Assembly: GCA_028534125.1 (NCBI GenBank)
Contig: CM052818.1
Coordinates: forward strand, 34,288,001-34,352,000
DNA: 64,000 nucleotides
DNA from: Lama glama
Lineage: Eukaryota
Direction: 5' to 3'
This document shows positions 49,640 through 61,979 of this stretch, in pieces; position 1 is the stretch's first letter; each line of letters begins with the position of its first letter. The translations under genes and the position numbers were made by a program. The notes below the pieces were generated by a model. It did no database searches. It was not told the DNA's origin and worked only from the letters and a program-made list of their open reading frames with translations.

Positions 49640-51400
49640 TATGGCAGAAAGATGATGGTTGTTGAAACTGGGTTTGGGGTCCATGGAGGCTCCTTATACT
49701 GCTTTCTCTAAGTTTCTGCATGTTTGAAAATTTCCATAATAAAAATGTTAAACATGCAATCTTTATGGTACCAATACATGAATAGATAGATAAGAAAATG
49801 GAAACAAATAAGAAATCCAGAAACATACCCAAATGTGTGTAGGAATTTAATAAATAAAAACATAGCATTTTAAATCAGTGGGGATTATTTGAGTGGTATT
49901 GGGACATTGGGTAGATATCTGGAAAAAAAGATTTGGATTCTTACTTTTTGCCTACACCAAAATAAACTCTAATTTGATAAAATACTTGACTGGAAAAAAT
50001 TAAGCCATGAAATTGCTGGAAGAAAACATGGAAAGTCATTAAAAAATTATCATAGTTCTGGAGTGAGGAAGGCCTGAGTATGATACAAAACCTTGCACTG
50101 GGGGAAAAAAGCATAAATAAGATCAAAGGTACATGACAATCTGTGAAAAATATTTACAATTCATGTCACAAAGGGCTAATTTCCTAGACATATACGGGTC
50201 TCAAAAATCAATATCCTAGACATTTCTCCAAAAGAATATACAATCAGCTAATAAGCACATGAAAGGCACTCAACCATGCTTAACCATTAGAGAAATGCAA
50301 ATGAAAACCACAGTGAGGTACCACTTCACACCTACTAAGATAGCTATAATAAAAACAGTGGAAAAATAACAGATGTTGGAGGGGATACAGAGAAATCCCA
50401 CCTCATACACTGCTGGTGGGAATGTAAATGGTACATTGCTTTGGAAAACAGTTAGGCGGTTCCTCAAAAGGTTAAGCATAGTGTTCCCATAAGACAAAAC
50501 AATCCACTCTGAGGTATCTCCCAAAGAGAAATGAAAACACACGTCCACCCAAAAACTTACACGTGAGTATTTATAGCAGTATTGTTCATGAGAGTCAAAA
50601 GTGTGAACAACCCAGATGCCCAGCAACTGAAGAATGGATAAACAAAATGAGAAACACTCACACAATGGAATAGCAATCATTCAGCAATGAAAAAGAATGA
50701 AGTGCTGATGCGTGCTACGCCACAGACAAACCTTGAAAACATTACGCTAAATGAAAGAAGTCAACCACAAAGGACTACATAGCATATGAGTTTACTTATG
50801 AGTAATGTCCAGAATAGGTAAAACTATGGAGAAAGAGATTAGTGGTTGCTTAGACCTGGGGAGGGGGTGGGGGAATGGGGGTTGGGTGAAGAGTGACTAA
50901 TAATGAGCCCTAGGTTTCCTTTTGTGGGGGAGATGAAACGTCTTAAAATTAAATTGTGGCGATGGTTGCACAACCTTGTGGATAGACTAAAACCACCAAA
51001 CTGTACACTTTATATGGGTGGACTTTATGGTATGTGAATTGTACCTTAATAAGGATATTAATAAAAATTCAATACTGACAAGACCAGAAACACAAAAGGA
51101 AAATGGACAATGAATTTCCAGATAATCCACGGAAAAGGAAGTACCTCTTAGACCTATGAAAAGATTTTCAACCTCACTTATAATAGGAGAAATAAAAAAT
51201 TAAAGTCTAATACATACCATTTATAGGTGAATCTATTTGAGTGGGAAATTTTAAACAAAGTATGATAATATTATGCTGACCAGGCTGTCGGGAAATACCT
51301 TATACACCGATGGTAGAAATCAAGACAGTGGAATCTCTGAGGAGGGCAACTGGGTAATATCTATCAAAGTTACACATGCACACCTTTTGTTCCAGCATGG
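49640..51400 (+). mobile_element. L1M ORF2 end/3'UTR fragments
   Basis: GAAATGCAAATGAAAACCACAGTGAGGTACCAC, CACTGCTGGTGGGAATGTAAA, GATGGTTGCACAAC...AATAA. Confidence 0.8.
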
Positions 51401-51634
51401 AGTTCCTACATGCCTCTGAACTATCTGCCTCTAGACTTGTTTTATATGAGATAAATTAAGTATTTTCTGCCTAAGAGCTGGGTTACGGTCCTGGAGACTG
51501 AACACTAACTTGCTGTGTGCCATCAGGCCGGTCACTTCCTTTCTCTGAACTTCAGCTGGACCGCCTGACAACCTAAGGGCCTCCCAGAATGCTGGCTCTG
51601 CTCCGGCAGGTTGGCCAATAGGAGGTTCACCACA

Positions 51635-51653
51635 TGGCCACTAGATGGCGTGC
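51635..51653 (+). promoter_or_regulatory. Candidate CTCF site between KCNK3 and SLC35F6
   Basis: TGGCCACTAGATGGCGTG is near consensus. Confidence 0.65.
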
Positions 51654-53969
51654 TGCGCCTGCTGCTAAAAAAGACATGTGGGGGCTGGGGCCCACCTAGC
51701 TTTTAGAAAAGACTGTGAGTCACCTGAGGAAATTTTAACAGCAAAAAACAACCCCCCAGGAGTATCTTGGGCATTGTACGGTGGGTGATTCAGGGAGATG
51801 CAGAATAACATAAAGAGGGGCTGAAAGCTCTGCTTCTCTTGGGGTCACACAGTGGAAGATGCAGTCGAGTGACCCCAACCACTATGGCAGGGGGGCCTGC
51901 TTAAGAGGTTGCCAGGACCCCAGGCCTAGGGCAAGGCTTCAGACTCCTTGTCAGTTTAGGGACTCCTTGGCTGGGGCCGAGATCCCTGAAGGGCGTGGGC
52001 TGGAGAATCAGTGGTGGGCAGTTCTGTTGAGCTCTGTGAACCTCTGTTTCCCATCTGCAAAATGGGTATAATAGTCATAGCTACCCTATAGGGTTGATCT
52101 GGCAAATAAACTATTATATATAGTTCTCTTAGTGGTCTCTGCCCTCGACACATCAGGAGAGCTCAGAAAATGTAGCTGGAATGTGTATAAAGAGTGGGGA
52201 TTCAGCTGCCTCTACAGAGGACACCTTCTCCTGGGGACTGATATCCATGGCTCTGAGCCCGGATGGGAGGCCAGAGGGCTTCTTGGAGGAAGGAGTTCCC
52301 CAGCTTGAGGCAGCAGTAGTCCGAACGATTTTACAGATGGAGCTAATCATCGCTGGACTCCAAAGGCCCCTAGCCATCCAATGTAGATGTTTCCCAGATT
52401 TTACTTTTTATGGGGACATGCGAGGAAAGTGCTGCCTATCTTTGCTGAAAAACGGTTCTGTTTAAATGTTATAAAATGTAAACGCTATGGAATAAGAAGG
52501 GAGGATGGCCTTTTAAAGAAGTTTTTGGACAAAGCCAGCATGAGAAACTGCTGGAAATCAGTAGGGCTATTAATGTGTACTTTTTAGAGACTCCAGGCAA
52601 AGGACCTTTTCTCCACAGCAGAGGTGGGTCTTAGCTTGTAGGAGGCAGGCAGGGCGAATGTGTCAGGGGAGGACACGCCTCTGAGTGAGATGAGACCATG
52701 TGGGAGGGGCATCAAAACCTCCCAGCTCTCTTTCCCAGCTGAGCTGCTCCCCAAGCTGTGGAGATGCTTGGAGGAAGGGGCATCCTTTCCCCCACACAGT
52801 GGGGATGTTTGTGCTTCCCAGAAGGGGCTCCTTTTTGATTCCACCAAGGGGACATCCCAGCTTACTTTAGCCCTAAGAGAGTATAGTAGAAATAGGTTTT
52901 CATTTCTCCAACATAGAGAGACCTAGGAGAGATCTTTACTGAAATCAGCAGATCCTAGTCTTTCTTTCTTTCTCCAAAACAGTGCTTCCAGAAGGTTCCT
53001 GTTAAAAATGCAGACTCCCAGGCCCACTACCTGGAGATTCTCAAGGGTTGGATCTGGTGAGTCAGTCCTGGCAGGCCTGGGCTGCCTCCGCACTGTCTAG
53101 GGGATCCTGAGTGAGGGGCCCTGGGGCAGGGGCTGAGGTCAGCACTGAGTGATCCCAGAAGCATGGTCGGGAGGGAGCCAACTGAAGGACTGCAGAGGCT
53201 CTATCTCAGGGTTGCTGGCTGAGCAGATGAGCTGGGGCAATTCCCTCCTGAAGCGAAGAGCAGAACCATGGCCCAGGCTGAACAGGAGAGGGGATGGGCT
53301 GAGCCTGCGCCCCTCGTCATTCTGCCCATGCACACCCCTCCCCCTGCCAAGGACTCCCTGGGCCAGCCTGTCCAGGCCTATCCCTGAATCTTAGTCTCTC
53401 AGTTCAGAGTGCCTGAAAGCACAGGTTCCCATGACTCTCTCCTTGGTCCTTCTCAAGCCTCAGTTTCCTGATGGGTGAAGCAAGGCAAGTTGAGATGCCT
53501 TTGAGGTTCCTTCTAACTCTGGCCAAATCTTGTGCAATGATTAGTTCTGCCCTCTGCTGGCTAAGGCAGGGAAAGGCGAGCCCCACGCCGAGCTACTGAG
53601 CTATATCCATTCTACTCCAACCATTTTTTGATGCCTGTTAAGTGTAGGTACCTGTGAGACTCCAGAGACGTAATTGTGAAGGAGATGAACACAGAGCTTC
53701 CCTCCTCTGCCCCACATCCTCCTCTTTCCAAGGCAGCCATGGGCTCTTCCCATTGTTCTGGATTCTTCTGAGAGCACTGCCTTGTCTGAGCCTTCATTCA
53801 AGTTCCTGCCTCTGCAGTGCTGTTGCTGTTTGCTGCATCCCAGCCTTCCTTCCAGGCTCAGTCAGGGCCAGCTCTACCCCACATCCGCCCCCTCCCCGGC
53901 ATGTGTACATACATACTGTGAAACATCAGCAAGGTCAAGACCCAAACCTTTCCTGTGCCCCTTTTTAAT

Positions 53970-54260
53970 GCCCCTCCTGGCGCTGGAGCCATCAATCTGT
54001 TGTCTGTCTCTCTAGATCAGTTTGCATTTTCCAGACCTTTATATGAATGGAATCCTACAGTGGGTCTTCTTTGTCTGACTTCTGTCACTCAGCGTGATTG
54101 TTTGTGACTCCTCCACGTTGCACGCATCACTGGTTCATCCTTTCGTGTTGCTGGGTGGTAACTAGTCCTCGGCATGGAAATACCCAGTTGGTTTACCCAT
54201 TTAACCTGCTGGCGGGCATCTGGGTCATTCCCATGTGACATTCTCACTGTTACAGTAAAG
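53970..54260 (-). mobile_element. Ancient L1M 3'UTR fragment
   Basis: TTTTATATGAATGGAATC...TCTGACTTCTGTCACTCAGC. Confidence 0.55.
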
Positions 54261-55799
54261 CTGGCAGGCCCTGGATCTGTCACCCACTCCCTGTGTGCAT
54301 GTCCCCTCTCCTTGATGAGCCTCAGCGTTCGTTTCTGGGACATGAAGAGGACTCATGGGTCCTAAGTTCCCTCCTGCTCTGACAGCACTGTCTGTAGGGT
54401 TCCACATTGTTCCGGCACCCCATGGCCTGGCCCACCCACCCCGCTGTGCTCATGGTGATGGGAGGGCCAAGCCTGGGCTTGGTCAGGGCCTGGGTGCTCT
54501 GGGCACTGTGCTGGAGCCCCGAGAAGGAAGTTCCTGCTCCTCATCAGGTCCAGCGGTCTCAGGCTAAGGACTTCTGAATTAGAAAGAACTGCCAGACCTG
54601 TGCATGAATCCCCTACCGTGCTCATCCAGGCTCTGCTCCAGGGACGGAGCCTGCCTCGTGTGCAGCCCCACCCGCTGTTGGCAGCAGAGAGCACAGCTGC
54701 CTTGGGGGGTGGGGGCCCGGGCAGGGGAAGCGCAGGTGGGTGTGCCCCTGCTCTCCCTCTCCGGCTGACCGGCTCCCTCCCTGCCTCCCGGCAGCCTCAG
54801 CAGTGCCCTACTTAGACCCCAGGGAGGGGTCTGCCCATCTGTTCACCGTGATGGGCTGGAGGGGGCGGGGCGGCAGCAGATTCATATTGCATCTGTGGTG
54901 CCCGAGCTGGAAGATTAATCCCAAATCATTCAGGTCTCGGGAACACTGGACTCGTTTCCCTGCAGCCTGAAGCCGCCTCTCCCCCGACCCGCCCTCAACC
55001 TGCTGCTCCCTTCCCTGGGGCTCAGAAAGGGCTGTGCTCAGGCTCACCCCGCCTTCCAGAGGCTGCTGAAGCAGCACCCAGGTCCCTAACTGCCTGGGAG
55101 GGAACTTGGGAAGGTGAGAAAACAGCCACAGCCTCGGGGGCAGAACCTGGTTCTGCCACTTACTGCTTGGTTGGGTGACTTGAGGCAAATGATGTGACCT
55201 CCCTTACCTCCTCTCCTCACCCAGGAGATGGAGATTGTTGTTGTGATGAGGATCAGGTAACACCCCTAGCCCAGCTCCTGGCACTTGTTTAATAAATATT
55301 CTCAGCTCCCATCCCAGCCCCAGCTGACCTAAGGGTCCCGGACGTCAGCGATTTCCTGTGGCAGATCTTGACTCCTGGGGTCACCTGAATGCTCCAGTGA
55401 CCCCCCCCCCGCCCCTGCCTGCAGGAACAGACCAGTTGCCAGAGAGAGGAGCTGAGTAGGAGCCAGCTGGGAAGGAGATGAGATGGGCTGCGCTCAGCTC
55501 AGGAGCTGCGGCTGGGTGCGGCTGGGCAGAGCTGAGCTAAACGGAGACGAAGACACCCAAAAGAGGTGGGGGGGGGGAAGAGGGTGAAGGCTGAGCTAGG
55601 CGAGGAAGCACCTGCTATTTTCAGCAAGCCCAAATCCCCAGCCCAGGTCACTGACATCGCGGGAGATTAGGGAGCTATGGACTGGAGCCCAGTCACCTAT
55701 GAACACTGATTAACAGACGATTTTAGAGCACAGATAAAAAGAAGTGGTAAGTAGCTGGAGCCGTAGCAGTTCACCAAGAACATGTTGAAGTAAATGACA

Positions 55800-56100
55800 C
55801 CCCAATTTAACAGTCCTCTAATGGGTCCTGTTCTTTTTGATATTTTCATCAAAATGTCTGAATAATGGCACGGAAAGTTGGATTATCAAATCTGTGGGTG
55901 ATTTGGAGCTGGAAGAGAGCAGGAGTAGATTTAATAGTGGAACCAGGCTTCAATACCTGGAACAGCATCAAAAACCTGGAACCAACCAGATGAGATCTAG
56001 CAGTGCCAAGTCAGTGAGATCTTGCACTGACATTGAGAAAAGCAACTGCTCCGTGCAGTGCAGGAAAGAGCTGGCTCAGAAGGTACATAACAGGCACTGA
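55800..56100 (+). mobile_element. CR1/L3-like LINE remnant
   Basis: Degenerate RT-like sequence (GGGTCCTGTTCTTTTTGATATTTTCATC); a second CR1-like patch at about 57650-57790. Confidence 0.45.
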
Positions 56101-57199
56101 CTATTTCTCTTACCCTGGCATGTGTTACCTGGCATATGCACAGTCAAGGGCAAAGAGAGGTCCTCAGTCCTCCCCGCCCTGCATAAATAAGCAGGAGATC
56201 AGAGAGGGGAGGGAGGATCACATTAGTTGTGAGTTGTCAGTCTGGGGGAAGAATTCTGTGGTTCCTTCCTCCCCGGGCTTAGCCAGGTCGGGGTAGCAGA
56301 CTCCCAGGAATCACGCATAGAAATTACAAGAAAGGGAGATGGGATCTTCTTCTCAGCTTGGATATCTGCTTAGAAATGAACTTACTGCTCCATCCTCTGC
56401 CTATCTGAACAAAGGTGAAGAGTACTGGGGAGACGTGGCAAGGGTCCCTGGGGGCTCTTTGCCCTCCCAGTATCTCGCATGGCCAGGATGTGTGAGTGTC
56501 CTGTGGGCCAAGTGGACACTGGAAGGTGGCCGGGCCACTTTTGGAATTTTACAGTATTCTACCCAACAGAGCAGGCTGTGGAAGCCAGGGGAGGCTGTGG
56601 GGGGACCTCCAAGGGCTAGAGCCCCATGGGTTGCCCCTTTCTAAAAACCCCACATGGGGCCCTAAAGAACCAGTGCCTGGAGCCAAGTCACATGGAGGGC
56701 TTCCATCGCCTTTTTAGTTCCTCTTCCCCACCCTGAGACTATGGAATGGACAGAAATAGGAGGTGGGGGTGGGGGAGAAGAACATGCTTCCTCCCCTTTC
56801 TAAGTCTCTTTGGCTGAAGGATGGTCTATTCTGGGAACAGGGAGAATACGAGCATTAAAATGGATTTGATATTAAAGTTTTAAACTGGACTAGACTGGAG
56901 TTCCTTATGCCTGAGTGACCACAAAGCTCTGGGATTGGTCCCAGCTGTTATTTGAGAGACAGGAATGGGAGACTCAACCTAGTGTTGCTAAAGGCTGGAA
57001 GGCAGGAAAAACAAAGCCATTTCTTCCTTGGGGTCCACCAGGTTCAGACTGTGCAATTATCCTGTTGCAGGAGCCTGAGGGCTGTGGGGCTTTCAGTTGC
57101 CAGTAATGGAAAACTGACCTGGGTCTTTTACCTTCTGTCTCCTATGACAAGAGGGCGTGAGGTCAGGGGTTCCTGGGGCTGCTCAATGTCCCAGTGACA

Positions 57200-57490
57200 A
57201 GTAAGCTCTCAGTCTCTTCTTTCAACCATCCTCACTGTGTCCACAATGCCTTCTCTCATGGTCACAAAATGGCTGCCACTATTCCAGGCATCACACACAG
57301 ACCTGGCAAGTTCCAGTCAAAGTAGAGTGGCATTTCCTCCCATCTGATTTCTTTTAAGAAAGGCTCTCCCAGTAGCTCCCAACAGCTCCTGGAAGACTTC
57401 TCTGAAGAAACTATTAACCAGAATTGAGCACACTTATACCTAATCCAATCTTTGGAAAGATGCTTGAGGTTACTGTGATTGGCTTAGTCC
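57200..57490. mobile_element. Old MaLR LTR (MLT1J/K-like) remnant
   Basis: CTCATGGTCACAAAATGGCTGCC motif. Confidence 0.5.
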
Positions 57491-58194
57491 CTAGACCTGG
57501 GGCTGGGGAAGTGTGAGTACCTGAGGAACGTCAGCCCCCTGCCATCAAGGCAGAAGGTGCAGGGATGGGTCTTGATTAGGTACCAATGGTGTCTGCCACA
57601 GTAGTTCTCATGACAAACTCCAGGAGAGTTTTGCTGGGCTGCAAAGCAGCAGGAGGTACTGCCCATGAGTCAGATGCACTCTTAGCCTGCATTGGTAGGA
57701 GCGTCCAGAGCAAGGGAGGGGATGGTCACTGCCTGTGTATGGCTGGACCACACAAGGCAGATCAGGCTCCTGGGGCAGAAGGAACCTGAAGCTCTTCCAG
57801 AGAAGGGAGTTGTGCTGGTGAGAGGTCCAGATGCACTGTCCATGGAGGTGTGGTTGGAAGAATAGGACATTTAACATGGAGAAGACTGAGATGTACTTGT
57901 CCATGTAGGGAACCATCCTGAATCCTTAAGAGCAAAGTAATTTCCTGTGGCTTCAGAAGGCGCAGCCAGAACCAGAAGCAGTCCTTGTCTCAATAGCAGG
58001 AATATGGTCAATGTCTCCATATGCTCATTAGAGCTGCTGCTCAGTGAAGGAAGAGGCTGCCTCAGAGAGCAAGGGTCCTGTAATTCGAGGCTATGTGACC
58101 TGGCAGGGAAGATGTTGAGGTGATTCTCGTTTTATGGGGAAGCTGGACTAGATATATTCCAGGCATGGGTGTGTGCTGGAAAGTGCTTGGTGCT

Positions 58195-58372
58195 TTAGAG
58201 TCAGAGGGTCCTGGGTGGGGCTTTGCCCCTTACTAGCTGTGTGACTTTGGGCAAGACATTTAATCTCTCTGAGTCTTACCTTTCTCATCTACCAAAATGA
58301 GAGTAACAGTACCTGCCTCACAGGGTGGTTGTGAGATTTGCCGTTTGCAGCACATAGTAGATACTCAATACT
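58195..58372 (+). mobile_element. MIR SINE
   Basis: CTTACTAGCTGTGTGACTTTGGGCAAG...GTACCTGCCTCACAGGGTGGTTGTGAG. Confidence 0.75.
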
Positions 58373-60556
58373 GAACATATCCTTAATTCTTGGGCATGTC
58401 TGTTACGTGTGGAGAGAAGCTGGCACTAGCTGTCTAGTACCTCCTGGCAGCCAAAAGCTTCCTTAGAACTTTCGCTGGCCTGGAATGAGGCCAGAGTTTT
58501 CATGACAAATGTGAGGACAGAACACAGCATAGCCCAGGCCAGGCTCCCTGCCCCTGCAGCATCCTGAGTCTCCCCAGTTGGACCTGGGCAATCTGGAAGG
58601 CCAGTACCTATCAAAGCCTGATGCTGGGTCCAGTGAAAGCCCTGGGATGTGGGCCTTTTCCCTGCCGCTGTAGCCACTGGTCATGTGCTCCTTCTTCAGG
58701 GAACAGGAACTGTGGAATAGTGGTGATTTAGGGAGTTGCCCTGAGTCAAAGGCTTGACCTTTTCCCTGGAAGCCTTTGGCTCCTCCGGCTGAAGGGCAGG
58801 GGTTGTTGGCTGAGTGTTCTGCTGCTCTTAATCCTAAGTCCAGGGCTCTGGGCAGAGTTTGCACAGGGCACATGGTGAAGTGGGTAAAGTATTCATGATT
58901 TCTTGTCTCCTTCTGCTAATGGGTTCTGTGAGCCATGTCCACCTGGGGGCTCCCCAATCCATGGGAACCAGCCTGGCACACTGTGTGGGACACTCAGAGC
59001 CCAGACATATTAGGGTGGAGCTGCAGCCCTGGTCCAGCCCATCCATCGCCAAGGAAATGCCAGTAATCTGCTCAGCACACAGATACGGAGGTGAATGTGG
59101 AACAGTCCTGGCTCTCAGGACCTTGGGCCTTTCTTTAGTTTTGTCATCTGTAAAATGGGAGTGTTAAATCCTTACCTAAATCACAGAATTGTTCACCAAG
59201 CAAACGAGAGCATGAGGTGAGAGAGCTCTGTGAATGGGAAATGCCCTAAATGTGGATTTTGGGAGAGTACTTGGCCAGAGAAGACCACAGAGGTCAATTC
59301 CATCATAGCTCCCGTCCTCAGGAGTGTGGCACCACCCACAAGGCCCTCCCCTGCAGCTGGGCGACTGAGGGGTGGGCGTGTGAGTCTCCTGGTGTTTGTC
59401 CAGATGCAGATGTGGGAAATTTCCAGCATCAGAGTGACTCAACCTCAGAGATTAGCAGCTTTTATCTGAAATCAGAGTCAGAGAAGGCTGGGCCTCTACT
59501 CTGAGTGGGTGTGTGGGAGCAGGTGGGGAAAGAGGCTATCTGGAAACCAATTCTGGCTACACCACTATCTTGTTAATGACCTTGAGCATCTCACTTCCTC
59601 TCTCTGAACCAAAAATCTCTTCCTCCCTTCCTCTGGGAAAGAAAAGCTGGACCAAGAATCTAGAGGAGTGTGTGTGTGTATGTGTGTGTGTAGTTCTTTG
59701 CAATCTTTGACCAAGGTGATGCTGGTGTTGTTTCAGCATCATTGCCGCCTGGGCAAGAGGTGGGGACCGTGTCCACTAAAGACTGGGCTGTCTGGGGGAC
59801 CCTCGGGAAACAGAGTCTCTTAGCCTTCTAGCCTGAACCCAGCTTTGGGAGTGAGAGGGGGCCTCAGCTTCATTCCACTCAGTGAAGATGAAGAGCTTCA
59901 CCCTGGGGTGGGAAGGCTGGTGTGGTCAGTGTGGGCTGCTGCATTTTCCTCTGACAGTATGTCTGTCCTGAAGAAGTTCTTCCCTGGCCTTGGACACCCC
60001 TTCCCTGCCCTTGGCTTCCTGGGATAAGTTGTGGGGACGCTGTTGGCCTTGGTGGGGGCAAGGCTGAGCCTATCAAAAGAGCTAGAGGGTCCTACATGTA
60101 GGAGTGCGAGGACCTGAGGTGGATCAGAATTTCTTGGCTCCTGATAGATCATCAGGATCTCTGAAGGATGACATTTTTGGTTACAGCCTCCCCTTTCACC
60201 ATGGTTCTGAATAAGAAGTGATATGTCTTTAACAGCTCTGTGACTTCCGCCAAACCTTTGCTGCAGACATGGAACACCCTGGGGATAGGATGCAGTGAGG
60301 TGTCTGAGAGCTTATGCTTTGGAGCCATCGGGCCTGGGCTCAAATCCCAGCTCTGCCACCAACCCCACTGCCTGATTTTGGTAAATGAGCTGCACCGAGC
60401 CTTGGTTCGAGTTGACGCCTAATGGGGAATAAGATATGTGTTTTGTAATGTCACAGGCTTCAGTTCCAGAAGGACTGCTATGTTAGACTCCTTTTAGAAT
60501 TTATTGAGGAGGAAGGATCAGCCTTCTCTCTTCATCAGACAGAGATTTCACTAGCT

Positions 60557-60820
60557 CAGCATTTCCCAAAGCGTGCTCCGTGGGACCCAGAAGGTGAGGA
60601 GGCCTCATACAGAGGGTCTGGTGCTGGGAGTGAGTTTGGGCAATGCTGGGTTAAGCACAGGTAAACAGCTGTGTCTGCTGCAAGCCTTTTCAGAGACTTC
60701 CCTGAGCTAAGATGTCTTAGGAAGCTCCACACATGAGTGATGTGTGCACGTTTCCCCAGATTTGTCTGACCAAGGAACTCTTTTCCCACAAGGCATTCCG
60801 TGGGACCCATTTGGGGAAGA
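60557..60820. mobile_element. MER103-like hAT DNA transposon
   Basis: CAGCATTTCCCAAAG...AGTTTGGGCAATGCTGGGTTAA...TTTGGGGAA imperfect inverted ends. Confidence 0.6.
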
Positions 60821-61500
60821 GTTAACACTGCATGCCTCTTTCTCTCTTGGCTCCCAGGGAGCTTCTGTCTCTATTTGAGGCTCACCCAGAGTCATCACAT
60901 CAGCCGGGATCTTGGTATATTTATACCCCACCCCACTCTGTGGTGCTGGTTTTCTATTTCTATTTTGCTGTACGTATATTTTTCCATGCAGGAGGCTTTA
61001 GACGCTGGGTGGAAGCGAGGAGGGTGGGGATGGCATCGTCTGGAGATAAAGAGCCCACGCTGGGACCATGGGTGCTGCTGAGCCCTGAGGAGCCCTGAGG
61101 GCAGGGGCTGGGGTGCAGTTCACCACTGCCATGATTCTGATCACCCGTCAGAAGACAGAGATGAAGGTAGCCCCTTGGGAATTCCTTTGAATTCTGATTA
61201 TTTTGCCCCAGGCAATGAAGAAAAGAAAGCCAGTGTCAGCAAGTTTATGTCCTGTAGGAACTGCTTAAGAAAGTCAAAGCCACCTTGTACTGGTCACTGC
61301 GGATCTCAGAAATGACATCAGAAATAGCGTTTCACATGAAGGCTGGCTGTGTCCTGCCTCCTGCAGGTGCCATCAGTTCTTACTTTGATCCCTGAATCAA
61401 TCCCCAGGAAATAGGTCTCTCTCAGTATCTTTCAATTGACCTATGTGGGTAGGTGGGAGGACTGGGATAAAGTGCCCCTACCCCAACCCCTTTATTTCTC

Positions 61501-61650
61501 CAGTGTATTTCCATCTGCAGGGAACACACCATTAGCGGGGAGAGAAATCAATTTAGTGGGTTGTGACCAGCACCTTATAATGTGAACTAGAGTAGAAAGT
61601 ATGAGAATGCATTGAATACAGTAGCGGTTAGGTATTATTTCATGATAGAC
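61501..61650. mobile_element. Charlie4z-like DNA transposon fragment
   Basis: GAAATCAATTTAGTGGGTTGTGACCAGCA. Confidence 0.5.
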
Positions 61651-61979
61651 AGACAGGAAGACAGGCATGGGTTGTGGTGTCAAAGGCTACCGTGGGGTGT
61701 ACTCAGTGACATCTTGAAGCCACTGGCTAGCTGATTTCAGGCTCTGGCACCAGCTGGGCAGGGGCCCTCTGCTTCTGGGTCTGTCCTGGGCTCTGGGACC
61801 CAGCCCCGGACAGAATTGTCCCTCCACACTCAGAGGAAAATGTACCCTAAAGAGAGGGGTCTGTGAGGTATCTCACACCTGAGGTGCACCTGCTAGGTGG
61901 GTCTGCAGATCCCGGTGGGGCATGGCCGCTCCCCGGCAGCGCCAAGGGTATACAATAACAGAGGCAGCTGAGCCTGAGC

